A stretch of 64,000 nucleotides of DNA. Source: the human T2T-CHM13v2.0 reference genome, Homo sapiens. This document shows, piece by piece, positions 1 to 14,592 of this stretch; positions within the stretch are counted from its first letter, which is position 1, and the number at the start of each line of letters is the position of its first letter. The translations under genes and the position numbers were made by a program. The stretch lies in NCBI RefSeq assembly GCF_009914755.1, contig NC_060944.1. The stretch is one strand, 5' to 3'. The notes under the pieces were generated by a model, which was given only the letters and a program-made list of their open reading frames with translations, ran no database searches and had not been told where the DNA came from.

Positions 1-2617
1 CCTGGGTATCCTTGTTAACTTTCTGTCTTGTTGATCTGTCTAGTGTTGACAGTGGGGTGTTAAAGTCCCCCATTATTATTGTGTGGGAGTCTAAGTCTCT
101 TTATAGGTCACTCGGGACTTGCTTTATGTATCTGGGTGCTCCTGTATTGGGTGCATATATATTTAGGATAGTTAGCTCTTCTTGTTGAATTGATCCCTTT
201 ACCATTATGTAATGGCCTTCTTTGTCTCCTTTGATCTTTGTTGGTTTAAGTCTGTTTTATCAGAGACTAAGATTGCAACCCCTGCCTTTTTTTGTTTTCC
301 ATTTCCTTGGTAGATCTTCCTCCATCCCTTTATTTTGAGCCTATGTGTGTCTCTGCACGTGAGATGGGTTTCCTGAATACAGCACACTGATGGGTCTTGA
401 CTCTTTATCCATTTTGCCAGTCTGTGTCTTTTAATTGGAGCATTTAGCCTATTTACATTTAAAGTTAATATTGTTATGTGTGAATTTGTTCCTGTCATTA
501 TGATGTTAGCTGGTTATTTTGCTCGTTAGTTGATGCAGTTTCTTCGTAGCCTTGATGGTCTTTACAATTTGGCTTGTTTTTACAGTGGCTGGTACCAGTT
601 GTGACTTTCCATGTTTAGTGCTTCCTTCAGGAGCTCTTTTAGGGCAGGTCTGGTGGTGACAAAATCTCTCAGCATTTGCTTGTCTGTGAAGTATTTTATT
701 TCTCCTTCACTTATGAAGCTTTGTTTGGCTGGATATGAAATTCTGGGTTGAGAATTCTTTTCTTTAAAAATGGTGAATATTGGCCCCCACTGTCTTCTGG
801 CTTGTAGAGTGTCTGCTGAGAGATCCGCTGTTAGTCTGATGGGCTTCCCTTTGTGGGTAACCTGATCTTTCTCTCTGGCTGCCCTTAACATTTTTTCCTT
901 CATTTCAACTTTGGTGAATCTGACAATTATGTGTCTTGGAGTTGCTCTTCTCGTGGAGTATCTTTGTGACATTCTCTGTATTTCCTGAATATGAATGTTG
1001 GCCTGCCTTGCTAGATTGTGGAAGTTCTCCTGGATAATATCCTGCAGCGTGTTTTCCAACTTGGTTCCATTCTCCTCGTCACTGTCAGGTACACCAATCA
1101 GACATAGATTTGGTCTTTTCACATAGTCCCATATTTCTTGGAGGCTTTGTTCATTTCTTTCTACTCTTTTTTCTCTAAACTTCCCTTCTCACTTCATTTC
1201 ATTCATTTCATCTTCCGTCACTTTCTTCCAGTTGATCGCATCAGCTCCTGAGGCTTCTTCATTCTTCATGTAGTTCTCTAGCCTTGGCTTTCAGCTCCAT
1301 CAGCTCCTTTAAGGACTTCTCTGCATTGGTTATTCTAGTTATCCATTCGTCTAATTTTTTTTCACAGTTTTTAACTTCTTTGCCATTGGTTTGAATTTCC
1401 TCCTGTAGCTTGGAGTAGTTTGATCATCTTCAGCCTTCTTCTCTCAACTCGTCAAAGTCATTCTCCATCCAGCTTTGTTCTGTTGCTGGTGAGGAGCTGC
1501 ATTCCTTTGGAGGACGAGAGGTGCTCTGCTTTTTAGAGTTCCCAGTTTTCCACTCTGTTTTTTCCCCATCTTTGTGGTTTTATCTACTTTTGGTCTTTGA
1601 TGATGGTGACGTACAGATGGGTTTTTGGTGTGGATGTCCTTTCTGTTTGTTAGTTTTCCTTCTAACAGACAGGACTCTCAGCTGCAGGTCTGTTGGAGTT
1701 TGCTAGAGGTCCACTCCAGACCCTGTTTTCCTGGGTATCAGCAGCAGTGGCTGCAGAACAGCGGTGGCTGTAGAACAGCGAATATTGGTGAACCGCAAAT
1801 GCTGCTGCCTGATCGTTCATCTGGAAGTTTTGTCTCAGAGGTGTACCCGGTCATGTGAGGTGTCAGTCTGCCCCAACTGGGGGGTGCCTCCCAGTTAGGC
1901 TGCTCAGGGGTCAGGGACCCACTTGAGGAGGCAGTCTGCCCATTCTCTGATCTCCAGCTGCATGGTGGGAGAACAAATACCCTCTTCAAAGCTGTCAGAC
2001 AAGGACATTTAAGTCTGCAGATGTTACTGCTGTCTTTTTCTTTGTCTGTGCCCTGCCTCCAGAGGTGGAGCCTACAGAGGCAGGCAGGCCTCCTTGAGCT
2101 GTGGTGGGCTCCAGCCAGTTCAAGCTTCCTGGCTGCTTTGTTTACCTAATCAAGCCTGGGCAATTGCAGGCGCCCTTCTCCCAGCCTCCCTGCCACCTTA
2201 CAGTTTGATCTCAGACTGCTGTGCTAGCAATCAGTGGACTCTGTGGGTGTAGGACTCTCTGATCCAGGTGCGGGATATAATCTCCTAGTGTGCCATTTTT
2301 TAAGCCCATTGGAAAAGCACAGTATTAGGGTGGGAGTGACCTGATTTTCCAGATGCCGTCTGTCACCCCTTTCTTTGACTAGGAAAGAGAACTCCCTGAC
2401 CCCTTGCACTTCCCGAGTGAGGCAGTGCCTCACCTTGCTTCAGCTTGTGCATGGTGCACTGCACCCACTGTCCTGCACCCACTGTCTGGCACTCCCTAGT
2501 GAGATGAACCCATTACCTCAAATGGAAATGCAGAAATCACACATCTTCTGTGTCGCTCACGCTGGGAGCTGTAGGCCAGAACTGTTCCTATTCAGCTATC
2601 TTGGCTCCACCCCACCC
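1..2617 (-). mobile_element. LINE-1 (L1PA3/L1PA4-like) 5' UTR, ORF1 and start of ORF2; continues off the left edge
   Basis: Minus-strand 5' end GGGGTGGAGCCAAGATAGCTGAATAGGAACAG. ORF1 ~1569-562 is disrupted (KRPNLCLIGVP...ARRQWGPIF). ORF2 ATG at 498 (MTGTNSHITILTLNVN endonuclease). Retains the ~129-bp UTR segment absent from L1HS. Confidence 0.96.
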
Positions 2618-5600
2618 TAGATTTAAGAATGTAAACCAGCTTGCATCCCCTGGGACTTGGTAAGTATTGAGGACAATGAGGTGTATGGAGACAACTGCAT
2701 TTCTTAATGCTCTAAGGGTTCTGAAAAATCTGTACTTGCCATTAGGCTTTTTATCTGGTAACATGAGAGTATTGTAAGGGGACTCTTATGGCTTTAATAA
2801 CTCATATGGCAAGAATTTGGCTATAAGGGGTTGAATTTCCCCTCATGCTTCTTTCCTTAATATGTATTGTCTCTTCTGAGGGCGAGGAGCACTAGGCTGA
2901 AGTTGGATTTGAATGGGGGAGGTGTTTAGTGCATTTCCCAGGCCCAAACCTCAAGATTTACTTGCGACAACACCTCAGGCGGTAAATGTGACAGCTCATT
3001 CTTAACTTCCCCTGAGGGGTCAGGAACAAAAGTAACACTTTCTATGCTTTATGATCTGTGAAGTTGACCATGACTTGGTCTCCTGAGTCAATAAACCTCT
3101 CCCCAGTAAGAGGTCAGGCATTCAGACACTACTAAAAACGCAGGCGAGAAACCCAGAGGCCCTGGAGGACAACTTAGAAGATATGATAAGCAGTGTTTTG
3201 GGGCTTCTCCATCATGAGAAGACAGGAGCCCATTGTATTGAATCAGGACAGAGTCATCTGCTCCCATACCTAATACGAAGTTAACACTCCTATCTGCCAC
3301 TTCAAGAGTCACCTGAGTCTCCTCCATCTCTCGATAGCTAATAGTCTAATGGGAGCAGAGGTAGGAAGTATCAGGCCCTATCACTTTTGAGTCTGCTGGG
3401 CTCTGATGATGGCTCCCTTGGAAGCACAGTACATTTCCTTCAACAGTGTCTGACCTTCTTACAGAAGGCACATTGATTTGTATCCAAGGCACATTGGCTC
3501 AGAGGCACAGAGTGGGACTTTCACATTCTCACCTCCTCTGTGAGGGCCGGGGTTCAGGGGCTGCCTCTGAAGTGGTGGAGAGCACAAGGCTGCAGCTAGA
3601 ATCTGGGCCTCTTGGGAGATTTGCTTTATTTTTTGTTTTCTCTGCCCTATTCCTGTGATGGAAAACTGCAAAATCCAAGTCTAAAATATGATCCATGGGA
3701 GTCTGGAAGCCTAAGGCTGCTTTTGGTGTCTTCCTGCAGATATCAGAAGCAGACTGGGCTGTAAAATATACTGCTAGCAATACCTGTCCCTTCTTGGGGT
3801 CAGGGTCAGTGTTAGTGTATTTCCTCAAAGTCTAAATTATCCACCTTTTTAATAAGGCTAGGTTTTCATCTTTTCCCTGAGTAATTTTCCAGACTTTATA
3901 AAAATTAAAAAGCTTTATCATACTTTTTTATATTCCTTCAAGGAGTCAAATGATCATAATTTTTTCTCTATATATCACACTTTATTCCTAATTCATTTGT
4001 CTTTTCTAGATTCTAGTTCTCTTTTGGGTCCTGGTCAGACACTGGTGTGCCTCCTATTTGATAGGTGTCACATCCCCCGTTGCAGGCTGCCACCCTATTA
4101 GCATGTACTCTAGCCACTCCCATAATGCACTGCTTTTCCACCATGCAGCAGGTAAACATAAATATATGCAAATTCTGACTGGTCAGATTATACATCAAGG
4201 TTAGCCTCTTAAATTTGTCTATGAATTTTCCCAGAACCTCTGAAAATTGTTTTAGTTTTTCCTTGCATATGGCTAATTCAGACATAGAAAAGGGTACATA
4301 TACCTATATAGTGTCCTTATCATCTGTCACTTCCTAGAGAGGGCAAACATTCAACTTTGCCAGCTGATAAGAGGCCCCACTGCATGTTGTTCCAGTGAAG
4401 CTCGGGTGTTTCAAGAGTGGGGTATGTATGTAAGATAGGACTTGAAGGGCAGGGAGAAGAGGATGACCAAACTCTAGATAACCCTGGAAAACTAGAAGAA
4501 ATTAATAACGTGTTGCACACCTCACCAGAACTGGAAGGAGTCTGTGTTCTTATGGAGTGCTTGGACTGGCAGGGGGAGTTCAGCCCCAGCCAAGAAAAGC
4601 CTGATATTAAGAGACACTTGCATTAAAAGGGTAATCCATTATGTGCCATCCCTATTTTGTCTTTTCCTCCATCAAACATACAGAAGCCCATTTTAATTTT
4701 TTATCCAAACCAAGCATCAGAGAAGCCTGTATATAATGCATTTCCTCCCACTTAGTTTCTCTTCTATGAAACAAATTAAGCTGCAAAATAGGAGTCAGAT
4801 CAAACAGGGGAAATGGGGAGGCTGTAACTTGTATATTGTAATGTATTAGTCCATTTTCACACTGCTGTGATAAAATGGACAAAAGTCTCTCAGGAAAAAA
4901 GTGACATGCTGGGTTTAGAATGAGGGTCCAGCTGCCCTATACGAGCTCATCAAAGATGACCTTATGGTTAAGAAATGAGAGAAAACTGTTAAGAAAAAGT
5001 ATCCTGTTCTCCATCTTGAGGCTAATTGTTTGCAGAGAGTTGTCATAAAAGAGGCTGTCACTAAACAGGCATATCTGATCTTATCATGTAGGGCTGTTAA
5101 ATACCACATTTCAACTTCTAGTCATAATGATGGAGAGGTTACTGCTGATCTTTTCTGATAATTAAGGTACAAAAATACTAGGTTCCAATACATCTGTCTT
5201 TTTTCAGTGTCACTTTGACCAGTGGCAAATTAAACAAGCAATCAGATAAAAGTCAGAGGATAGTTGAGGGAAGTAAAAGCTAAACGGTTTGGGGCCTCTT
5301 TCCTGGGGCAGCCTCCAGGCTACTGCAAAACAGAGGCGGTGAGCAGAAAGGTGACAAGATGCAGAGCACTCAGGTGAGTGACAGAGAGCGCAAGGTGGAC
5401 AGTCCAAAAAGAGAAAGTGGCAAACATCTTGTTTAGCCAAACCCATTCTTCGCAGTATTCCCCAGGGCCTCTAACCCTGTGAGCTTGGCCTCTAATCTGA
5501 GGATGATGCCCCTGGGCCTCTAACTTTTGGGGCTGAGTCTCTCACCCTAACATTATGCCTTAGGGTATCTCACTTAAATAATAGTGGATAATCGTTCTTG

Positions 5601-5723
5601 CCCACCTGAACGGCTTCACGACTCTAAAAGATGGCCCACTTGCCAGCTGATTGATTCTGTGTGGATTGCTTTCCTTGGAGTGGGGGTGTTGTCTTGGTGT
5701 CCCTTCATGGTATCGCTGAAAGA
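2618..5723 (-). mobile_element. ERV1-class (MER4-group/HUERS-like) internal region: leader, degenerate gag, pro, start of pol
   Basis: Gag-like ORFs 4013-4285 and 3529-3828 (MRKYTNTDP). Protease-like 3088-3327. RT-like GKYRF..LRA motif near 2660-2740. Degenerate PBS (minus CAGCGATACCATGAAGGGAC, tRNA-Arg-like) next to the LTR. Confidence 0.8.
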
Positions 5724-6305
5724 TGTTGCTGGAAAAGAGGGTCCTGATACAAACCACAAAGTAGGATTTTTAGATCTTATGGAGAAAAAATTAGAGGTGA
5801 GTCAGAGAGCAAAGTGAAAGAAGCAAGTTTATTAGAAATGACTCCATTACAGAGTTGGACATCCTCGGAAAACAAGGGCAGGAATGCATTGTCTTTTGTT
5901 AGTGTCTCTACTTATAAGTAACTATAAAGAGAAAGAGTTATAATTAAACTTGGAAGTTGCAGATGTACTCACTAAAGTCAAGGCTATTGGTTTTAACAAT
6001 GACCATTAACCCATTGACCTAAGCTAACTCATTAATATTATCCTTACAAAAAAATGCTGCAATCCTAGGACTCTTATACATTTTTCAGGCTTGGTGGAAG
6101 ATGTCTTGTACGGCCACAAAGATTCTGCAGTTGTAATTTGTGGCCAGCTAAAAAAATGTGGCTATTTTCAGACCATGAGTATTAACCTTCTAGATGCCTT
6201 GTGAGTACCTAGCTACTCATATTAAGATAGAGTATTCTGGTCATGTTTGTTAAACCAGAAGGTTGGTAGCCATGAGTTCCTCTAACAGAGCAAGGCTACT
6301 CCTCA
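5724..6305 (-). mobile_element. ERV1 5' LTR (MER4-group-like)
   Basis: tgttgctggaaaagagggtcctgat...agcaagtttatt is a typical reverse-complemented LTR 3' end with AATAAA; abuts the PBS. Outer boundary approximate. Confidence 0.65.
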
Positions 6306-6501
6306 AGGAGAAAATGTATTTCTCAGGAATTTTCTGCATTTTGTTTGATGGAATTTGGTATGTTTACCAAAATGGCAGAAAACAGTGAAATTAGTCCTCA
6401 AAGATTTCTCAAGATTGGATATAAAGTAAACAAAATGATAGTTAATATGCAAGTTGATGCAGTTGATATTCAAAAGAAATTTTGTTTGAAACACAATGAG
6501 A

Positions 6502-6510
6502 TTTTTATTT

Positions 6511-6553
<43 letters not shown>

Positions 6554-6820
6554 TTATTATTATTCTGAGACAGAGTCTTGCTCTGTTGCCCAGGCTGGAG
6601 TGCAGTGCACCATCTTGGCTCACTGAAACCTCCACCTCCCGGGTTCAAGCAATTCTCCTGCCTCAGCCTCCCAAGTAGCTGCGATTACAGGTGTGCATCA
6701 TGACACCCAGCTAATTTTTGTATCTTTAGTAGAGATTGGGTTTCACTCCGTTGGCTGGGTGGTCTCAAACCCCTGAAAACAAGCGATCTGCCCACTTTGG
6801 GATGAGCCACCGCTCCCAGC
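6502..6820 (-). mobile_element. Alu (AluS-like) with (TTTA)n tail
   Basis: Alu consensus; TSD-like acaatgag(a/g)tttt on both sides; small internal deletion near 6800. Confidence 0.95.
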
Positions 6821-7145
6821 CACAATGAGGTTTTAAAATAATTCTGATTTCCTGCTGTTGAGCAGGGAGCTGAGCAAATTCAACAGATCATGGGCCTAAA
6901 GTAGGAGAAGACTGAGGACAAACACTAGAATGCATGTGATTAAATTAACTACAATTGAAACCAAATCAAATTTAATAAGGCTGTACCTCTGAGTTTCAAG
7001 ATGTTTCCCCTTGTTTTGAAATGTGATGTTATTCAGTGGAAAAGAAAACTAGTGTTTTTCTCCAGAGTAAAGAACAGGGTTCCCTGCAGGGATTGATTGA
7101 CTGAGAGCTATGGCTCAGGATTAAAAATCCTTCTTTTTTCCACTT

Positions 7146-7281
7146 ATAAACTAAAAATAAATTTCTAAGCCCCTATTGACTAAATGAACCCCTCTTCTTG
7201 GATAAGGACACTCCAAAGTTAACCTGAAAGTCTAGTTCAAGCCATGGGTCACGCATGCCTCATTATACTCTCCTCCCTTTG
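7146..7281 (+). mobile_element. MER4D/E-like LTR 5' fragment, truncated by L1
   Basis: taaactaaaaataaatttctaagcccc...gcctcattatactctcctccctttg resembles the MER4 LTR start. Confidence 0.6.
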
Positions 7282-8320
7282 CTTTTAATTTTAATTTCAA
7301 TCTTTAATTTATTTTTGTAGGTACATAGTTGGTGTATATATTTATGGGGGTACATGACATACTTTGATACAGGCATGCAATGAGTAATACATAATAAAAA
7401 ATTGGTGTATCCATCCCTCAAGCATTTATAGCTTGTGTTATAAACAATCCAATTATACTCTTTTAGTTTTTTTAATGTATAAATTATTTTTGACTATAAT
7501 CACCCCGTTGTGCTATCAAATACTGTCTTATTCGTTCTTTCTAACAATTTTTTTTAACCGATTTAGCATCCCCACTATCCCCCTGTTCCCTCACTGCCCT
7601 TCCCAGCCTCTGGCAACCATCCTTATACTCTCCTATCTCTATGACACCTATTGTTTTGAATTTTAGCACCCACAAATAAGTGAGAACATGTCACATTTGT
7701 CTTTCTGTGCCTCACTTATTTCACTTAACATAAAGACTTTCAGTTCCATTTATGTTATTGAAAATGACAGGCTCTCATTCTTTCTTATAGCTGAATAGTA
7801 CTCCATTGTGTATATGTACCACATTTTCTCTATCCAGTCATCTGTTGATGGACATTTAGGTTCCTTCCAAATCTTGGCTATTATAAACCATGCTGCAGCA
7901 AACATGAGAGTGCCAATATGTCTTTGATTTACCAATTTTATTTATTTTAGGCATATACTGAGAAGTGGGATTGCTAGACCATATAGTAGCTCTATTTATA
8001 GTTGTATCAGGAACATCCAAACTCTTCTTAACTGTGCTCCCAACAACAGTGTACAAGGGTTCCCTTCACTCCACATGCTCACCAGCATTTGTTTTTGACT
8101 GACTTCTGTATAAAAACAACCTTAACTGGGGTGAAATGATATCTCATTTTGGGTTTGATTTGCATTTCTATGATGATCAGTAATGTGGAGCACCTTTTCA
8201 TTTGCCTGTTTGATATTTGAATGTCTTCTTTTCATAAATGTTTATTTAAATTTTTTGTCCACTCTTTAATTGGATTATTACATTTTTTCTATATAACATT
8301 TTGAACTCAATATATTGTAG

Positions 8321-9008
8321 TGTATTAGTCTGTTTCTGCACTGCTTTAAAAAAAATACCCGAGACTGGGTTATCTATTTATTTATTGAGATGAAGTCTTG
8401 ATCTGTTGCCCAGGCTGGAGTACAGTGGCACATTCTCGGCTCACTGCAACCTCCGCCTCCTGGTTCAAGCAATTCTCTGCCTCAGCCTCCTGAGTAGCTG
8501 GGATTACAGGCACCTGCCAGCACACCCAGCTAATTTTTTGCCACCATGCCTGGCCAATTTTTGTATTTTTAGTACAGACGGGGTTTCACCATCTTGGCCA
8601 GGCTGGTCTTGAACTCCTGACCTCGTGATCCACCTGCTCGGCCTCCCAAAATGGTGAGATTACAGGTGTGAACCACCGCACCTGGCAAGACTGAATAATT
8701 TATAAAGGAAACAGGTTTAATTAACTCACAGTTCCAAATGGCTGGGGAGGCCTCAGGAAACTCACAATCATGGCAGATGGGGAAGCAGGCACCTCTTATA
8801 TGACAGCAGGCGAGAGCATGTATGTGAAGCAAAGGGGGAAGGGTCCCTTAGAAAACCATCAGATCTCATGAGAACTCACTCATTATCAGGACAGCATGGG
8901 GGAAACCACCCCGATGATCCAATCGCCTTCTACCAGGTCTCTCCCTCAACATCTGGGGATTACAATTCAACATGAGATTTGGGTGGGAACACAAACCTAA
9001 TCATATCA
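8321..9008 (+). mobile_element. MST (ERVL-MaLR) solo LTR interrupted by an Alu
   Basis: Termini tgtattagtctgttt...catatca; TSD tgtag/ggtag. Confidence 0.88.
8374..8686 (-). mobile_element. Alu (AluS-like) inside the MST LTR
   Basis: Alu consensus; flanked by the duplicated gagactgggttat/aagactgaataat. Confidence 0.95.
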
Positions 9009-9666
9009 GGTAGCTATTAATTGCTTTTCAGATGGATAATTTGCAAATATTTTCTCCCATTCTGTGGATTTTCTCTTCACTTGTTTATTGTTTCCTTCAC
9101 TTTAAAAAGGCTTTCTGACTTGCTTTAATCCCATCTGTCCACGTTTGTTTTGGTTGTCTGTGCTTATGAGGCATTATTTAAGAAATTTTTGCCCAAACCA
9201 AATGCCCTAAAGAGTTTCCCCAATGTTTTCTTGTAAAAATTTGATAGTTTGAGGTGTTAGGTTTAAGTCTTTATTTCATTTTAATTTGATTTTTGTATGT
9301 GGCAAGAAATAGGGTTCTAGTTTTATTCTTCTGCCTATGGCTTGCCAGTTTTCCCAGCCCTATTTATTACAAAACCTGTCTTATTTTTATTGTATGTTCT
9401 TGGCACTTTTGTTGAAAATAAGTTTAGTTTAGCTGTATGAGTTTGTTTCTAAGGTCTCTATTTCATTCCATTTTTCTTTATGTCTGTTTTTATGCTAGTG
9501 TCATACTGTTTTAATTACTATAAGTTAGTAGTATAATTTAAAACCAGGTAATGGAATTCCTCAAGTTTTATTTTATATACTCAGCATAGCTTTGACTATT
9601 ATGATGTTTTGTGATGGTTCCATACACATTTCAGAATTTTTTTTTCTCTTTCTGTGAGGAATGTCG

Positions 9667-9956
9667 TTTTATTTTTTAGATGGTGTCTCACTCTGTCACC
9701 TAGACTGGAGTGCAGTGATGTGACCTTGGCTCACTGCAACCTCTGCCTCCTGGGTTCAAGCAATTCTCTGCCTCAGCCTCCTGAGTAGCTGGGATTACAG
9801 TCACCCGCCACCACACCCAGCTAATTTTTTTGTATTTTTAGTAGAGACGGAGTTTCACCAAGTTGACCAGGATGGTCTTGAACTCCTGACCTCATGATCC
9901 ACCCATCTCGGCCTCCCAAAGTGCTGGGATTACAGGCATGAGCCACTGTCCCTGGC
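9667..9956 (-). mobile_element. Alu (AluS-like)
   Basis: Alu consensus. Confidence 0.95.
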
Positions 9957-10308
9957 TGGTTATTTTGATAGAGATGGCATGAAATGTATAGATTGCTTTG
10001 GATTGTATGGACATTTTAAAAAATACTGATTCCTCCAATCTGTGAACATAAAAATATCTTTCCAATTTTGGGGTCCTCTTTCATTTCTTTTATCAGTGTT
10101 TTTCAGTTTCAGTTGTTGAGAACTTTTATTTCTTTGGTAAATTCCCACACATTTTGTTTCATTTGTGGCTATTGCAAATAGTATTACATTTTTGAATTCT
10201 TTTTCAGTTTGTTGACTCTTGGCATATAGAAATCCTACTGATTTGTATATGTTGATTTTGTATTCTGCAAATTTACTCAAGTTATTACTGCTAATAGTTT
10301 TTTGGTGG

Positions 10309-11907
10309 ATGTATTAGGCCATTCTCACATTGCTATAAAAAATAATCAGTGACTGGTTAATTTATAAAGAAAATAGGTTTAATTGGCTTATGGTTCTACA
10401 GAGTTTACAGAAAGCATAGCACTGGCTTCCACTTCTGGGGAAGCCTCTGACAACTGACAAGGTGAAAAATAAATCCAGTGCTTGCACATCACATGGTAAG
10501 TGTGAGGGCAGGGAGGATGATGTTCTACACACACTTGTAGATAACCAGCTCTCATGAAAGCTAACTGTTGTTGGAATGGCGCCAAAGGAAATGATGCCAA
10601 ACTGTTCATGGAAATCCTGCTGTCATGATTCAATCACCTCCCCACTAGGCCCACTTCCAACATTGAGGATTACATTTCAGTATAAGATTTTGTGGGAACT
10701 CACACCCAAACTATATCATTTTGCCCCTGGCCATTGCAAATCTCATATCCTTCTCATATTTCAAAATACAATCATGACTTCCCAATAATCCCCAAAGTCT
10801 TAACTCATTTCAGCCTTAACTCAAAAGTCAAAAGTCTCATCTAAGACAAAGCTAGTTTCTTCCTCCTACAAACCTGTAAAATAGAAAACAAGTTAGGTAC
10901 TTCCAAGATACAAATGGGGCAGAGGCATTGGGTAAATAATCCTATTCTAAAAGGAAGAAATCAGTCAAAAGAAATGGACCACAGGACCCATGAAAGTCTG
11001 AAACCCAGAAGGGCAGTTATTGAATTGTAAGGCTCCAAAATAATAATTTTTGACTCTGTGTCCCATTTTCAGGGCACACTGATGCTTTGGGAAGGGTCTA
11101 CCTTGTGCCTTTGCATGGTTCAGCCCCCAAAGCTGCTCTCATGGGCCGGCATTGTGTACCTCTGACTGGTATTGTGTGCCTCTGGCTTTTCTAGGTGCAA
11201 GGTGCAAGCTGTAGCTAGATCTACCATTATGGGGTCTGGAGAACATTGATCTTCTCCTCACAGATCTCCTAGGCCATGCCCCAGTGGGGAGCCTGCCTGG
11301 GGACTGTCACCCCACATTTCTTTTCTCAATTATTTTTGTAGAGGTTCTCCATGAGGGCTCCACCCCTGCAGAATGCTTCTTCCTGCACACCCTGGCTTTT
11401 TCATACATCCTTTGAAATAAATGTGGAGGTTCCCAAGTCTTAACTCTTGCATTTTGTATACCCACAGGCCTAACACCAAATGGAAGCTACCAAGGCTATG
11501 GCTTGCTCCCCCTGAAGCAGTGACTGGAGTTGTAACTAAGTCAATTTGACCTACACCTGGAGCTGAAGCAGTGACCAGGATGCAGGGAGCCATGTTCCAA
11601 ATCTACCCAAGGCAGCAGGTCCTGGGCCTGATCCCAGAAACTGTTCTCTTCTTTTAGGCCTCAGGGCCCATGATGGTGGGCTGCCTTTCATATTTCTAAA
11701 ATTCCTTCAATTCCTCTTTCCCATTGTCTTGGCTATCAACACTTGCTTTTTTTTTTTTAGGTTATACAAATATCTCTAACAAGTAGTTGCTCCATAGCCT
11801 GCTTGAGTTCTTCTCTTATAAAAGCTTTTTTATTTTTCAGCCACATGACTAGGCTGCAAAGTTTTCAAGCTTTTACACTATGCTTCCCTTGTAAGTTTAA
11901 GTTACAA

Positions 11908-11946
<39 letters not shown>

Positions 11947-13864
11947 AGAACATGTAAGCATAGGTTGTTAGAAGCAGCCAGGCCACATCTCAAATGCTTT
12001 GCTGTTTAGACATTTTTCCAACAGAAACCATAAATTGTTGCAGGAAGTCAGGGACCCCAAATGGAGGAACCGGCTGAAGCTGTGACAGAAGAACATGGAT
12101 TATGAAGATTTTATGAACATTTATTAGTTTCCCAAATTAATACTTTTGTAATTTCTTATGCCTGTCTTTACTGCAATCTGTAAACATAAATTGTAAAGAT
12201 TTCATGGACACTTTTCGCTTCCCCAATCAATACCCTTGTGATTTCCTATGCCTGTCTTTACTTTAATCTCTTAATCCTGTCAGCCGAGAAGGATGTGTAT
12301 CATCTCAGGACCCTGTAATAATTGCGTTAAGTACACAAATTGTACAGCATGTGTGTTTGACCGATATGAAATGTGGGCACCCTGAAAAAAGAACAGGATA
12401 AGAGCAATTGTTCAGGGAATAAGACAGATAACCTTAAACTCTGACTGCTGGTGAGCCGGGCAGAACAGAGCCATATTTCTCTTCTTTCAAAAGCAAATGG
12501 GAAAAATATCACTGAATTCTTTTTCTCAGCATGGAACTTCCCTGAGAAAGAGAATGCGCACCTAGGGGTAGGTCTCTGAGCTGGCCCTCCCGGGGCATAC
12601 CTGTCTCTTATGGTCGATATTGCAGAGATGAAATAAACTCCAGCCTCCCATAGCACTCCCAGGCTTATTAGGAAGAGGAAATTCCCACCTAATAAATTTT
12701 GGTCAGATCTCAAAACCCTGTCTCCTGATAAGATGTTATCAACGACAATGGTGCCAGAAACTTCATTAACAATTTTAATTTCACCTCCATTCTGTGGTCC
12801 TGTGATCTCGCCCTGCCTCCACTTGCCTTGTGATATTCTATTACCCTGTTAAGTACTTGATGTCTGTCACCCACACCTATTCGTATACTCCCTCCCCTTT
12901 TGAAACTCCCTAAAAAAACTTGCTTGTTTTTGTGGCTTGTGGGGAATCACGGATCCTACCAACCTGTGATGTCTCCCCTGGATGCCCAGCTTTAAAATTT
13001 CTCTCTTTTGTACTCTGTCCCCTTATTTCTCAAGCCAGCCAATGCTTAGGAAAATAGAAAAGAACCTACGTGATTGTCGGGGCAGGTCCCCCAATAATAA
13101 ATCATTAATTTCAAATTCAAACTTTTATATATCCCTAGGGCATGACAGAAATTCAGCCAACCACTTTGCTAAGACAACATGTGTGACCTTTGTTTCAGGC
13201 CTAATTAGTTTCTAATTTTCATCTGAGACCTCTTCAGCCCAGCCTTCACTGTCCAGATCACTATCAGCATTTTGGTCTCAGCCATTCAACCAGTCTCTAA
13301 GAAAATCTCAACTTTCCCTCATTTTTCTGTCTTCTTCTGAATCCTACAAACTCTTCCAACCTCTGCCTGTTTACCCAATTACAAAGCTGATTCCACATTT
13401 TCAGGTATTCTTATAAGAAGTTTCCACTCCTTGGTGCCAATTTTATGTATTAAGCTATTTTTGCATCACTCTAAGAGTGGGACTGGATAATTTATTTTTA
13501 AAAAAGGAGGTTTAAGTGGCTCCTGGTTCTACAGGCTGTAGAGAAGACATAGCACTGGCATATGCTCCTGGGGTGGGCTGTGGAAATTTACAGTCATGGC
13601 AGAAGTTGAAGCAGAATCTTACACATCACACAGCAAAAAGCAGGAGTGAAAAACAGAGGTGCAAGTTGTTACACACTTTTAAATAACCAGATCTTATAGG
13701 AACTCACTTACTATTATGAGGATAGTACCAAATGGGATGGTGCTAAGCCATTTATGAGTAATCCACCCCAATGATTAAATCACCTTTCACCAGGCCCACC
13801 TCCAACATTGAGAATAACATTTAAATATGAGATTTGGGAGGGGACACACATTCAAACCCTATCA
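10309..13864 (+). mobile_element. MST MaLR element with both LTRs (10309-10718, 13446-13864) and internal region
   Basis: Two tgtatta...atca LTRs; MST-int between them; TSD gtgga/gagga. Confidence 0.88.
12036..13096 (+). mobile_element. MER11 (HERV-K11/HML-8) solo LTR
   Basis: Starts tgttgcaggaagtcagggacccc, ends ggcaggtcccccaata; exact 6-bp TSD ATAAAT (12030-12035 / 13097-13102). Confidence 0.9.
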
Positions 13865-14242
13865 GAGGAGTCTTTTTTTTTTTTTGCCAATATGAGATTA
13901 TATCATTGGCAAAAAAAGATAATTTGACTTCTTTTCCAATTGGGATGCCTTTTATTGCTTTCTCTTGTCTGATTGCTCCAGATAGGAATTTCAGAATTAT
14001 GTTGAATAACAGTGGTAAAAGTGGACATTCTTGTCATCTTCCAGATTTTAGATGAAAGGATTTTAGTTTTTCCCCACTTAGTATGATACTAGCTGTGAAT
14101 CTGTCATATATGAATTTTATCATGTTGAGGTATGTTCATTCCATACCCAGTTTTCAAAGAGTTTTTTATTATTAAAGAATATTAAATTTTATCAAATATT
14201 TTTTAGTATAATTGAAATGATTATATGGATTTTGTCCTTGGT

Positions 14243-14592
<350 letters not shown>

